From a virus (taxonomy: Duplodnaviria; Heunggongvirae; Uroviricota; Caudoviricetes), in IMG/VR virus record IMGVR_UViG_3300021256_000058, positions 53,823-117,822 of that record: a stretch of DNA of 64,000 bases; one strand, given 5' to 3'. Shown in pieces: positions 29,201 through 43,910 of this stretch. The notes under the pieces were generated by a model. That model had not been told where the DNA came from. It saw nothing but the letters and a program-made list of their open reading frames with translations, and ran no database searches. Made by a program: the position numbers and the translations under genes. Every line of letters starts with the position of its first letter. Position 1 is the stretch's first letter.

Positions 29201-32200
29201 TAATTATTGCTGCAGCGGCAGAAAAGAAAAAAGCTGCGGCAACAGCAGCTGCTGGTGCGGCCAGTGGAGCTGCAGTAGCTCCAGAAGTTGCACATGCTGC
29301 ATCAACAGCAGCAGAAGGAGCTGCGGCAGCTGCAGCAACTCCATCAGTTGCGGCTTTGGCCGGAGCAGTCTGGACTTTATTAGCTCCATTATTGCCCGTT
29401 ATTATTGCAATTGGAGCTGTTACAGCAGCTATTGGTTATTTTGTAACTTAGGATAAAAAAGCTAGAGAAGAAATTCATAAAACTGCTGAAACTGCTAGAG
29501 AACATGCAGATGCTTTACGTGATTCTGCTGAAGCAACTAAAGAGCAGGCTGATGAATATGAAGCTGCATTAAAGAATTATAAAGAAGCGAAAAAAGCTTT
29601 TGAAGAAGGCACTGGCTCTGCTGATGAATTAAAGAATGCTCAAGAGAATCTAAATAGTATTGCAAAAGAATTAACCACTACATTAGATATTCAAGGTTTA
29701 AGTTTAGCAGAGTTAACTGGTAATTATGATGATTTAACTAGAGCTATCCGCGGTGCTACAAAAGAACAATTAGAACAAGCTTCAGAAAGTTTAAAAATAG
29801 CATAGAGTACAACTGGTAATGAATTTATTACTAGTATGTATGAAGGGAAAGGTCATCGAGTAGACGGCGGCTATAAGGTTGATTTTGGTGCTCATGCTAT
29901 TGAAGCTGGAAAATTAGATGATTATTTAACTGGAGACGAGCAATATCTTCATAAAGGATTAACTGGTTTTGATGCCTATGTTTCTGATTATAAAAATTTA
30001 GATCAGATGATTGGGGCATATGAAGAAATACAAGCTTTTTATGATAAAGTTGCTAGCTCTGGAGATATATCGTTATTGTAGACTCATACAATGACAAATA
30101 TTGCTGAATGGCTAGAAAAATCTAGAGAATATTATAATTTATATATTCAATATGGAGAATAGATTAAAGCTATTCAGCTAGAAATTACTTCTTTAAATGA
30201 AGATATAGCATTAACTTTAGAATCAGTTTCTACTTAGGAAGAGTATGCTTCAGCGAGAGAAAAGCTATTATAGTCATTAGCTGAAGAACGAGGCTTAACA
30301 GAAGAAGACGCCGAAGGCTGGGCTGCCTTAGAACAAGAAGTAGATGCATATCTTGGGACTTTAGCTAATACAGCTCCATACGCTCAAGTAGAAAAAGCTT
30401 TAACTGAGTTAGCAGATAAAACTCATATTGCTAAAGAAGAAATTGAAGAATTTCGTAAAACTTTAGATGATGAGTAGTTAGAGCAATTTTTCCAGGCAGA
30501 TTTTTAGCCAGGTACAACTACAGAAGATTGGGAAAGATAGATTAATAGGGGAGTCCGCCAATCTCGTATAAGTAATTTAGAGACATAGCGTTCAACTGCT
30601 GCTTCTGGTATTGAATTATTTAATAATAAAAAGACTAGTCCAGCTGATATTAGAAGCTGGGCTGAAGGTTTTGATTTTAGTACACTTGCTAAAACTATGA
30701 ATCTTGGCGATTTCTCCATTGTCGATTTTCTAAGTTTAAGTAGTGAAGAGCAACAAGAAGTTTTAAGTAGCTATTAGTATTGCTTAGATATGATGCTAGC
30801 TACTGAAAAATAGACTGAAATTGCTATTGAACAAAGCGAAGCTGAATCATTAGAACGTAGAAAAGCAGCTTTACAACAAAAGAATGCTGAAGAGGCTGCT
30901 CATAAAGCTGAATTATTACGTGAATTAGCATCTTTATAGGCTTAGTCAGATGCTGAGTTGACTGAAGCTGAATTAGCTAGACAAGAGGAATTATTAACTC
31001 GTTTAGCTAATATTTATAAAGAACAGTATGAAAGTATTGATGAAGCTAAACGTGCTTTTAGTGATATTGATACCGTACAGGCAGAAGCTGCTGCACAGGA
31101 AGAATTAGCTGGAGCTTATGCAGCTTTATTGGCAGAAATTGAGAAATTATCATCAGCAACTCAATAGTATGAATCAGATTTATAGTATTTAGCATTAAGC
31201 GCAGAAAGTTTGGCTAGCTTAAATTCAATGTCATTAAGTCAAGATGAATACTCAATGGGCTTAATGAATTTAGCTAACCAATACGAGAATTGTACAGAAG
31301 AAGCTAAATTATATAGTCAAGCTTTACGTGGGAATAATGAAGAGTTAAAAGCTGCTGCAGAAGATAATCTTCGTGCGTCTATTTATGCTGCAGAACTAGG
31401 AGAAGCATGTGATGTAGCTGCAGAAGATATTGAAAATTATGCAGATGCTTTAAAAGATTCCGGGAAATTTGCTAATGCTTCATCTAAAGCGTTAGTTGAA
31501 ATAGCGAAGGATCAAGCTAGATTTGATAGAGCTGTAGAGTCTTCTATTAAGAATTATGACAATTGGCTCGAAGAATTACAAATTGGTGAAAAAACTGGCG
31601 TTGTTGCTGCAAGCACTATGAAAGAATTACGTAGTGCTTATGGTGATTTGCTTGATATTGATGGAGAGAATTTTTCTAGTTCCTTCTTAAAGAGCGCTGA
31701 AAATCTTGAATTAATGCGTCAAGCTTTAGAAGGTAGCGAAGAGGCTTACTAGCAATTATAGCAAATGGCTGGTCAAGAAATTCTTGCTCATATTGGTTTA
31801 GACACTAGTTAGTATTTTACTGATTTAAATAATGTAATTTCTACTGCTGAACAATGTACCAATTAGAAATGGGCAGATATTGAAGCTGGTGCTTCATTAA
31901 ATGATCAAGCTTTTTTGGATGAATTAACTAGAATAGTTAACGCTGCTAATATGACAGCTCAATAGGCAACAGATTATTTGTCTAGCATGGGCGTAGATGC
32001 AGAAGTTGTAGAATAGACTGAAACTCAGCCTACTACAAGCGTATATACTGGTGCTACTGCTCATGTTATGACTTAGCAAGTACCAGGCACAGATCCATTA
32101 ACTGGTCAACCTAAAACTTATCAAGTACCTTCAATTTGGTATACTGCTAATACAACAGAAGTCCCAGGTCAAGAACAAATTACTGGTTTTGGTTTAAAAG

Positions 32201-35200
32201 TTGTTTCTGCTAATAAATCATCCGGTGGCGCTGTAAAAGCTGGTGGATCAGCTCCATTAGCAGGTAATGGTGGTTCTGCTCGTCCGGCTCCAAAAGGAGG
32301 CGGCGGTGGAGGCGGTGGCTCTAAAGAAAAAGAAATTAAGCATGCAGATGGAAAGAAAGATAGTGAGAAAGAGCGTTATCATACTTTACGCAATCAACTT
32401 GAAGATTTGTCTGCAGCTTATGACCGTGTCTCCAAAGCTTCTGATCGAGCTTTTGGCAAAGATAAGTTAAAACTTATTGATGGTGAAATTCAGGCAACTG
32501 ATGAACTTATCCAAAAGCAAGAAGAATATCTCCGCGCAATTAAAGCTTATCTTCCACAAGATAAAGCTATCATGGAAGCTTATGCATAGAAACTCCTTGG
32601 TTTTGGTATTCAGTATGATGAATCTGGTAATATTCAAAACTTTGATGCTTTGCAAGATGCAATGTATGCAACATACAATGCTCGTGCGGCCGCAATGGAT
32701 TCTGAATCAACTGAATGGCAAGTCTTTGAAAAAGAGTTTGAGGAACTCGAACATTGGATTGAACAATATGAAGAGACCTATGATCTTCTTCGTGATGAGG
32801 AAGATAAAATGTAGGAGTTACTCGACCAAAAGGCAGATGCTCAATTAAAGAAGATTCAGTATGCTATTGAATTGAAGTTAAATATTGCGGACGATGGTCT
32901 TGCGGTGCTTGAGTATCAGCTTGAAAATCTGGAAGACAAGGCATTTAGCGCAGCTGAATCAATTGCTCTTATGGGTGAAAAGGTTGATTTGTTGTATGAT
33001 AAGGTTGCGGCCGATCGTGAGGGTCTGGATAAGATTCTCGGTCAGCAATTATCTTCTGCTGAAATCCGTCAGTTCTATGATGGTGATATGTCAGTCCTTC
33101 AGGGCAAGCATTTCACTGAAGAATAGGTTGAAACTATCAAGGAATATAGAGATAATCTCCTTGAATTAAATAGAGAATTATTAGATGTCCGCAAAGCAGT
33201 ACAAGAAGAAGTCATGGAGACCTTCGATGAATTCAATGATAAACTTGAAGATCAAATTGATTTGTTCGATCACTACAATGCGATACTTGAAAATTATAAA
33301 AATATAATTGATATTGTTGGTAAGTCTTATTTGAAGGTAGACAGAGAGCTTCTCCGTACTTTGAATCAGGCAACTATTAATAATGCAATTAATAAAGTTA
33401 AAGGTACTAAAGATGCTTATGATGCTTTAGTATTAAGTCAGTAGGCTGCAGAAAACGCTCTTCGTGATGCGATTGCTCGCGGCAATGAGATTGATATTGA
33501 GGCATGGGAGAAAGATCTTGAAGAGATCCAGAAGAGAGTAAATGAAGCGCAAGAAGAAATGATGCAGGCTTGGGAGGATTCACTCCAGTCTTGTGCGGAA
33601 ATGTTTGAACTTGCGGTCGAAGATGCTATTGACAACTTCGAGAAAGCGATGCTCCCATTCGGATCCCTCGAAGAGTTCCAAGACGCTTATGATAAGCAGA
33701 AAGAAGTTGCAGATCAGTACCTTGATGATTATGATAAGATTTATGAATTAAGTAAATTAGCTCGTAATGTAAATAATTCAATTAATGATGCTCCAAATAT
33801 CGCTGGCAAGCAAAAGCTTGCTAAACTTCTTGAAAAGATTAATGGCTATCAAGAAGATGGCGTACAAATGAGTGAATATGAACTTGAGTATTTGCAAAAA
33901 GAATATGATTTACGCCTTGCGGAAATCGCCCTTGAGGAAGCGCAGAATGCAAAGTCTGTTGTGCGTTTGACTCGTGATAATGAAGGCAATTACAGCTATT
34001 CATATACCGCTGATACTAGTGCAGTAGATGATGCAGCTCAGAAATATGAGGATGCACTTCACGCTATGCAAGAACTCAGTTCCAACTATATTGATGATAT
34101 GAGTGATCAATTAATTGATGCAACTCAATAGATGGAAGAAGAACTTGCCGCTGTCCGTGTATAGGATTATGCCAGCATTGAAGATTACTACAAGAAGATT
34201 GATGAAATTCAGCAATATTGGCTTGACCGCATGGGTTATATGCAGGGTGAATTCCAAAAAGCTTTGGATAATAATAAGACACTATATGAGCAAGATTGGT
34301 AGAGATACGCTGATGCTACTGGCTATAAGATCAGCGCAGACGAAGATTTCGCTAAATCATATCAAGATACTGTTCTTGGTAAATTGTTTGATAGTGAAGA
34401 TGATATTATTGATTTCCAAGAAAGAGTTAATGATGCATTAGGCACCTCTGATAGCGGCTTAATTGGTGAACTGTTACAAGCTTATTTAGATTGGCAACAG
34501 AATACTGAGAATGCTATGGTTGCTGCTGGTACTTCTACTGAAGGATTCGCAGAGCACATGGATAATGCGGTTAATGGCCCAGATGGAATTGTTGATGCAA
34601 GTAATGACGCAGTAGACGCAACTCGCAACCTTACTGATTAGATGGTGTCTGGCTTTACTACAGTTATTGGCGCAGTCGACGCATGGTAGAGTCATTATAG
34701 TAAGACTATGGATGATATCATCGCAAAGAATATGTCAGTAATCGAAGCTCACAATTTGTTAGTTAAAGCATTGTCTAACGGCGATACTACTACTTCTACT
34801 TCTGGGTCTAGCTCACCAGGAGGTTCCGCATATCAATAGAGTACTAATTCTGGTGGTTCATCCAACTCTAGTGCTGGATCTTCTGGTTCTATTGGTGGAG
34901 TCGGAGTAACTGGTACCGATGGTAATAATGCTGATTTAAGTAAAGGCTCTTATGTTGATGTTAAGTCTGGCACAAAGTGGTATGCGGACAGCTGGGGTGG
35001 CTCTCCATGGGGCTGGGCCCGCAGCGGAACTATTATGTATACCGCTGAAGGCAGTCCACTCGCTTACAATATTGAAGGCTTAGGCTGGATTAAGAAGAGT
35101 GATATCGTTGGTTATGATACTGGCGGTTACACTGGCGATTGGGGCGTAGCTGGTAGACTGGCAATGCTACATGAGAAAGAGCTAGTTCTAAATGCAGAAG

Positions 35201-35469
35201 ATACTGAGAATTTCTTGTCTGCGATTGAAATGGTACGAGACATTTCTCGTATGGTTGATCTGCAGGCTCAGTGGTAGAGTACAGGGCTAGGTAGCTTAAT
35301 TGCTTCCGCAATTAAAGACACCGATCAAACACTTCAGCAAGAAGTTAATATTCATGCTGAATTTCCAAGCGTTACCGATCATAATGAGATCGAGCAGGCA
35401 TTTAATAACCTTATTAATACTGCTTCTCAGTATGCAAATAGAAAGAATCCACTTAGTGGTTTAGTATAA
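26233..35469 (+). CDS. Tail tape measure protein (3078 aa in code 15)
   Basis: The main track fragments 26170-35277 share one frame and are separated by TAG; TP901-like TMP core (AA..SAD.VG.AFKT..SR), Ala-rich helical repeats, C-terminal YDTGGY...LHEKELVLN. Confidence 0.85.
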
Positions 35470-35474
35470 GAATT

Positions 35475-35509
35475 AGGGATAGGCTAACAACCTATCCCTT
35501 TTTCTTTTT
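35475..35509 (+). terminator. Intrinsic terminator after the tape measure gene
   Basis: AGGGATAGG/CCTATCCCT plus T tract. Confidence 0.8.
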
Positions 35510-35586
35510 GGCCAAATATAAGCAATTAGATGGGCATTTTTTTGAAATATTTTAGATGATAAAAATGAGTGAAAGGAGGTTCCCTA

Positions 35587-38500
35587 GTGACTAATTATAG
35601 CGAAATACTATGTACTGCAATTGATGAAATTGTTACGCAAAAATTACAAGGTATTAATTTTGATATTACTAAATTATGTACTATTGTAAATGCGGACGAA
35701 GCTCATGCAGGTAAATACATGGTTTCCGATGGTGCTATTAAATTTGATGCTTATTGCGATAATACAGCTTATCGTGTAGGACAAAGTGTTTATGTAATGG
35801 TGCCAAAGGGAGATTATTCACAATAGAAAATAATCCTTGGTAAATATACCGCAATGAATAGCACGCCTTTTGTGTATACCGAACCTCTTGATACAATGAT
35901 CGAGATTAAAGGTAAAAGTTTCACGGGGACTAATGCTATGGTCGCTAATGGAACAGAGCCTGATGCCGAGACAGTTACTCCTACTGTAACAAAAATATAT
36001 GAAGCCAATGGGCCATTTGTTGGATTTGACCGTTTAGGTGTTTCCGCAGATTTTCAAGTATGGCTTGCGCCATTTGATACTGCTGCTGGTTCTTATGGTT
36101 TAAGATTATATTTATATACAGATGAGACTGATACTAGCACAGGTGAATCAAAAGAACGTATTTACTCAATGACATTGAGTAATTCTGATATGTATGGTAA
36201 TCCTTATAATTTTGAAGGATTTTTCACTTAGTCAAAAGTTTTCGATATTGGAGATATTAATAATATCACTAAAGTAGAAATTTATATGTTTCAAAATGGT
36301 GATTTTATTGATGGCAATTAGAATTATATCCCCCATGGTAGTGTTCTTTCTGACACTCATCAATTCCAAGTATTCTTCGATAATATTTTTATTAAGAATG
36401 TGAAATTGCTTGTCGGTTATGATGAAAACGATTTTGACAAAGACACCATTATTTTGTACAGCGATAGCTCTCCAACATACAATAATAAAAATGAAGACGC
36501 TGTAGCTAACAAGAAAATAATAAATGCTAGATGGATTCACAAGAGAGAAGATGGAAAATTTGAACTCTTGGAACAAACGGATGATGTTAATACGAAACTA
36601 AATTGGTATCGTTATAATTACGGATCTCCGGCTGCCGACCAGTATTCTGGTGTTTACTGGGAGCGAGTAAACACTGAGCGTACTGTAGAGGCAGATACTA
36701 GCGCAATTATTAAAAATCTAAACACTTATTATTTTATGTTTTATCCGGGTAATAATGAGACTACTTATATTAAAGGTATGCAAGTCCCTTATACTGATGG
36801 ATAGACTTATACAATTTATGACTATGATAGATCATTATTGAGATATTGGGCGCCAGAATGTTTAGCATATTATGGTTTGACTCAAGATACGGCTAATAAA
36901 GCCTGGGCTTATACCAGTATTAGTTCATTACATGTAGATTCCTAGACTTGGAGCGAAATTTTTTCAAGTCGTATGGTATGGCATGAATCTAATTATATTA
37001 CTTAGGTACAACGCAATCTTGGCTATGCAGATGCGCATATTGGTGGAGCAAAATATCCAGTAGGTTGTATGCATCCAATATCTTTTTGGGAACTTTTTAC
37101 TACTGCCTATAAATTTTATTGGACTTGTCCTGAAGAGTTTAAGAAAATTAATTTTAATGGAGAAGTTTTTAATGGTGGTAATGTCTTAGGTAATTGGGAA
37201 ATGTATAGAGGCAAAAACCCATATACAGAATTATCTTATGACAGTCGTGATAATACCGTTTATTTAAATGGAGATCATACCCCATTTACATTAGGAACTA
37301 ATAATTAGGCATTTAAAAATTTATTAATTAGTTTTACTAATAGTTTTGGCGAATGGGCATTAATAGAAGATGATTATAGCCGCAAGAATTTTAGACCAGT
37401 AGACAATGATGTATATGCTTATTTATATGGTCAAACACAAGAATTCTTTGCCAAAATGGATAATCCTATTTATACATATAGTTCAGACTTTTTTGATTAT
37501 TATTTTGATCCTGATATCACTAAACAATAGGAACAAATTAAATGTATTGGTTTAGTGCGGTCGGGCGATGTAAATGGTAACCCTACATATACTCCATATT
37601 TTAGTAATTTAATTACCTTTTAGAATGAGCAAGAAGTTGCTAGTCAGGCTACTATTGATGCAGCAAGTGCTTTACAGATTGTTTGTGAAGATGGTAGCGA
37701 TGGTAATTATTTTATTTATGATTAGAATGGAAAATTAAATAGTGACGGTGAAGGGCGAGGTAAATCCCGCACAATGCGAGTCCTTTATCATGGAGCTGAA
37801 ATCGATGCTACTACTGGTATTACTAAAATTGAATGGCACATACCAAAAGATTATAGTATGATGGCAGTCGATGAAGATGAGCATTGCGCGACCGCTAATA
37901 AAGTAGAAAGTTTTTACGAAGGCACTCGTAGATCATATACTTCTATTGAGCGCTTTGGTAATAACTTGCGGGCCGGCACTAATAATGTGATTAAGAGCCA
38001 ATAGTATTATATTACAGACTATTGGGCTTAGGAATATAGTAATAATACTGTTGAGTGTATTGCTACTATTGATGGAGTAGAATACACCGCAGTAAAAGAA
38101 TTTAAATTTGGTAAAGCTGGAACAACTGGTACTAATGTAACTTTTGTTTTAAGCTTTGAAGGTAATAGGAATAGTTTAAATCTTGCAGGTTTAACTAGTA
38201 ATGATGAGCCTGTAGTTGATTTAGATGATGATCCTTTGTTAGATGTTAATGATAGCGCAATAACTGCTGCAGGAGTTAGTGATGCATTTGCAAATATTCA
38301 AGCTAAATTATATGATGCTGCAAATACAGAATTAAATCTTGCTTCTCTTGGAGCTGAAGTGCAATGGGGTTGGAAGGATAACTATAATAATTCATATATG
38401 AATATTTTAACAGATCCAGAAAACCAATATCGAGTAACTGTTAACTTACTTGGTGGTAGAACTACAGTTCCTACTGATAACTATGCTATTCTACAAGCTA

Positions 38501-40734
38501 CGCTAAAGAATTGGGTTAGTACAAATGGATCTTATGATTTAATTGCTTTCTTACCTATTCCTATTAAATTAAATAATACATATAAATATATTAGTGGTAC
38601 TAAAGAAGTTATTTATGATTCAACAGGTACACCGCAATATTCTGCGCTACCATATTAGTTATATGAAGCTGCCGATGAACGAGTACCTGATTTGAGTTGG
38701 AATACCGTATCACCTAATAAAACTTCTTCAATAGGTAATAAATTTAAATATTATCATGAAATTAAAGAAACAAAAAGTGGTTTTGTATTTCAAGCATTAA
38801 ACTTCTATGTTACTGGTGGTAGTGATGCTTGTTGTGTCTATGCCACTAATAATCAAGGTCAAGTTCTCTGGTCTCAACCAATTTTAATTACATAGAATCA
38901 ATATGATTTTTCTATGTTAAATCAATGGGACGGAAATTTGACAATTGACGAAAATAATGGTACAATATTATCAAAGATGGTTGGGGCCGGTAAGAAAAAT
39001 GCCGAAGATAATACATTTTCTGGCGTTCTTATGGGCGATGTTCAAAGTGGCACTGAAAATAATTTAGTTCATGAAACTGGTATTTACGGATTTGATCATG
39101 GCGTAATGAGCTTCTAGTTGAAAGAATCCGGTAAAGCGATTTTTGGTGCTTCTGGACGCGGACAAATTACTATTGATGGTAATAAAGGTACTATTGAAAG
39201 TGCTTCTTATAATAATTCTATTGAGAATGAACGTAAGGGTATGTCAATAGATCTCGATGATGGTATTCTTGACATTATTGATAAAACATAGATAGATGAG
39301 GGTAATCGTCGTTTAGAGATTTTAATATAGCCAAAGAATCCATTCTTTAAAGTTACAAGTCCTCGTGGAACTAATTTAATTAATATTGGAACTACTGATT
39401 ATTATTTGCGTTCTGATAATTATGTCCCAAATACTGAAGGGTTAAATCTTGATCTTAAAAATGGTCGTTTAGATGCATTTAATTTTAAACTCGTATCTGG
39501 TAAGGTTGTATTCGATTCTACTGAAGGCGATCATCCATATTTCTATGTTCGTAATAGAAATGATACCAACTACTTAATTTACTTAGGACCTGATAATAAC
39601 TTTATTGCATCTAATAATTATGTATCAGGATCTTCAGGCATGATGATAGATCTTGAAAATAGTAGGATTATTGGACGTGGGCTATATATTCAAGGTACTA
39701 GTAGTGGTGGTTCTAATTTTACTTTAAATGCTTCTGATGGTTCTTATCCATTGACAGTAGGTAGTTATTTTAAAGTAGATTGGTCTGGTAAAATGGATGC
39801 TACTTAGGCGACTCTAGAACAAGCTACTATTAATCATGCAACCATTAATGATGCTACTATTAAGAATTTAAATGGTGGCACTAATGTTAATATTAATGAA
39901 AACTTTACTGTTGATCCGTCTGGCAATTGTACTGCCAATAGTTTAAATGCCTCTCAAGGTGGTACTATTGGTCCTTATAGTATTGGTAGTGGCGCTTTAA
40001 CTGGTAATGGAATTACTCTTGGGAAAAATTTTATTACTATTGGTGGTATTACATTAGAAGCTGGCGCTTGTGCCAATCGTTTATATGTAAGTGCTGGTGG
40101 CCAATTTAATGGGAACTTCGGTATTACTAGTGGTAATTTATCTATGAATGGTGGTAATATTAATAGTGTAGGTTCTATTAATTTTGGCTCTGGAGATTCT
40201 GATGGTGGCGGCAATGTAGTAAATGCTGAGCATGTTGCTCATTGGGATTCAGTGTATCGTTGGTACCATGATAATGGATGGAGAAATACTTCAGAATCAG
40301 ATTATTTAAAGAAGTCAGATGCTTCTGATTATGCTACTAAATCTTGGGTGAATTAGCAAGGTTTTATTACTTCTGTACCGTCTCATGGCCATAGCCATGA
40401 AATTTGGATAGATGGAACTAAATATTGGACAGAAACAGCTTATCCATCCTCACAACGTTATAAAGAAAATATTAATAGTTTAGAATTAAATTTGGATAAT
40501 TTTATACCTGTTGAATATAAATATACTCATAAATTTATGCAAGATCATGATGATGATAGAGTTCGTTATGGTTTTATTGCAGAAGAACTCGAATAGGTTA
40601 ATCCAGATTTAGTTATATATAATGAAGAGGGCTAGCCCGACGCGATTGATTATCAATCAATTATTGCCCTCTGCGTAAAAGAGATTCAAGATCTCAAAAA
40701 AGAAATAAACGAGTTAAAGGAGAAAATAAAATGA
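35587..40734 (+). CDS. Large tail-tip/spike protein (1715 aa in code 15) with C-terminal peptidase S74 intramolecular chaperone
   Basis: GTG start with AAGGAGG; ten track fragments in one frame; S..RYKENI...RYGFIAEEL..V.PDLV...IDY...LCVKEIQ.L..EI..LK C-terminus. Confidence 0.8.
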
Positions 40735-40931
40735 CTAATGAACAGCTTCAACAGCTTGCAAGAATTTATAATACACTTCTCACTGTAACTACTAAGGGAG
40801 AAGACACTGTAATTATGGCAGATTGCATTCGTGCATTTCAACAGGTATTGCTTGAAATCCGCGATTCAATGGGTACTGATGTAATTACTCCTGCAGAAGC
40901 AGCTCCTGATCTGCCTGCAACAGAAGAATAA
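40731..40931 (+). CDS. Small tail-associated protein (66 aa, no TAG)
   Basis: ATGA overlap with the upstream stop; AAGGAG SD. Confidence 0.7.
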   Translation: MTNEQLQQLARIYNTLLTVTTKGEDTVIMADCIRAFQQVLLEIRDSMGTDVITPAEAAPDLPATEE

Positions 40932-40952
40932 AATATAAAGGAGTAAGGGGCT

Positions 40953-43910
40953 ATGGGAAAATTATTACCTCCTAACATAGAAGGTACTATCCCAGCTTTT
41001 TACGCAAATACGGACGGGACAGTATAGATTACTGTCCCGTTTTCTATGAATAAAGCTGTAAGTAGAAACTCAGTAACTGGCTTTTCTTTAAAAATAAAGA
41101 CTGTTTAGAGCAGTTCTTATTTACACACTTGGGAGGCCGATAGCTGGGACGTAGAAAGTGCGATGGAAGCTGTCTTTACTGTGCCTTCAAGTTTATTAAC
41201 AAAATTACGAGTTGGACAATTTTATAAGATTCAACTGGCTTATATCAATGGTCTTACTCATGCAGAAACAAAATCTTTATTACAAGATAAATTAAACGCT
41301 TTTTATAATTATAAAGATGCTTATACAAATTCTGTAACACAGACAGAACTTCGTAATGCATATAATACTTATGCAGCAAGTGATAGTAGTTTTAGCCAAA
41401 TAGCGATTGGTAAATTAATTATTGCTATTGGAAATAGTGTTAGCTATAACACAGAAGATGAATGGTATGAAAATATTATTAGTTAGTTAGATATTGCTAA
41501 TAAAACTGTTGGATATTATTCAAGCGTTGGTGTTATTAAATATACTACTAGACCAGTAGTAGAAATAACAAATCTTGAAGATAAGATTATCAATTCTCAT
41601 GTTTATTAGTACACTGGTTATTATAGCCAAGCTGATGGCGATGTAACTGAACATCTTTATTCTTATAGATTTGATGTTTTTGATGCTAATGGTGATTTAT
41701 ATAAAACTACAGGCGACTGTTTGCATAATAGTAATAATGATACTAATAATTATGAGTCTTACGATAATTTCTTATTACAAGAAGATTTTGATCCAAGTGA
41801 TATTCATTCTATTAGATATTCTATAACAACTATTAATGGTGTGTCAATTAGTTCTCCTCGATATAGATTTATGCAAAAAATTTCTATTGATCCAGAGCTT
41901 GATGCAAAATTGGTTGCGACTTTAGATTATGAGAATGGCTACGTATCATTGAACCTCATCGGTAATATCAATGAAAAGACTGGAGCAGAAACTCCTGTGA
42001 CTGGTGCATTTTTAATCTCAAGAGCATCTGCGGCCAGCAATTTTATGGAATGGGACGAGGTTAGCCGATTTAAGCTCGGTGCTCAAACTCCTTCTCGTTT
42101 TTTACAGAATGATTTTACTATTGAACAAGGCTAGACTTATTAGTATTCAATCCAACAATATAATGATAATGGATTATATTCTAATCGCATCTTATCAAAT
42201 AAAATCTATGCAGATTTTGAAGATGCCTTTTTATTTGATGGAGAGCGTTAGTTGCGTATAAAATTTAACCCTAAAGTATCAACATTCAAGAATGATCTGC
42301 TTGAAGCAAAGATTGATACTATAGGTGGTAAGCATCCATTCATTTTCCGTAATGGAAATGTTATGTATAAAGAAATGGCTTTATCAGGATTAATTTCTTA
42401 TCAAATGGATGAAAATAATTTGTTTTTATCTGATGCAGATTTATTATTGGAGACTGATAAAAATAAAGAACGTACTCAAACTACTTTCTATCAGTTATAG
42501 TATGATGAAGATATTAATGCTTATGCTCAACAATATGCAATAGAGCATTATAGTCGTACTGCTATGACTGATATTGTTGATATGTATAATGACAGTAATG
42601 ATGAATATAATATAATTAAAAATTCACATTACCGTACTACACAATTAACTAATTATAATATTGCTGCTGAACGCATATTTAAACTTGCGGTTCTCGGCTG
42701 GCTGAATGATGGAAAGCCGAAACTTTTCCGTTCACCAACTGAAGGTAATTATATTGTACGTCTGCTTAATGTTTCTTTGTCCCCGAACGATACGCTCGGC
42801 CGCATGCTGCACACTTTCAGTTGTACAGCTTATGAGATCGCAGATTATAATTACCGCACACTAGATAACTATGGTCTTGTAACGATTACAAGTCCTAAAT
42901 ATACTTTCATGCGTTGGGAAACTGTAGATTTAGCTCCTGTTTCTCCGAATGGTACTATCATGTATGCTTCTGGTCGTTTGAATAGATTCCCTGCTTATAC
43001 TGTTAAATTCGAGAATTTATTGCCAGGTAGTTTATTCTATATAGATGGTAAGCCATTCCGCATTGGTGCGACTGGAGCTTATGAGGTTTCTATTGGTACA
43101 CAAATGAATATTATTTCTATCCCAGAAGATGCTAAATATACTGGGCAAATGACTTATGGCTATTATAGTGAATCACAGAACTCATTTGATACGATCGCAG
43201 AAGCTGAAGTTATTGATTATCCAATTCGTCAATTTATTGGAGAAACTTCAGAAGTGTTAGATGAGATTATAGATATCAAAAATAGTCTGGTTAAATTCTT
43301 ATATCTTCATGCTATGATTCGACCATTACGTGATGCTTATGTGCGCACAGAAAGTGGTAATCAAGTCTATTATTTGGATGCTGATTTTACAATGCCACTT
43401 GTTGCAGATCCATACTTTATGTATAGAATCTATTCACTTGAAGGCAGAGATAAGAGATTTATAAAATATTATGATGCTTATAATAAGCGTTCATATACTG
43501 ATGAAGCAACTGGGTATAAACCTTCTTTTGAAATTAATGGAGAAGTAATTTCTTTAGCAGAAATTCATTCTATTGATTTTAGAGAACCAGATAAAATTAC
43601 TTCATTAAAAGTTAATAATGGTGTTTCATTAGATTGTGGATATTAGGTATGTACAATTACCTATATGCTTGAACAAACTAATGCTGAAGTTGTTTATGCT
43701 CGTCAGCTTTGGGAGACTGCTAAAAATAATTTAGAAGAAGCTATTGCTTTTCAGAGTAGTGATAGTAATAATCAACCTGCTGATACAATGAATAGTAGAA
43801 TTGATAATTTAATGCAGCAAGAACGTACTGCTTATAAAAACTTTATTACAGTTCTTGAAAGAGAAAAGGCTATAGATGACGCTAATAGAGGGGCAGGCGA
43901 CTTATCATAA
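40953..43910 (+). CDS. Minor tail/baseplate protein (985 aa in code 15), beta-sandwich rich
   Basis: Fragments 41163, 41721, 42252, 42564 and 43665 are in one frame joined by TAG. Confidence 0.75.
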
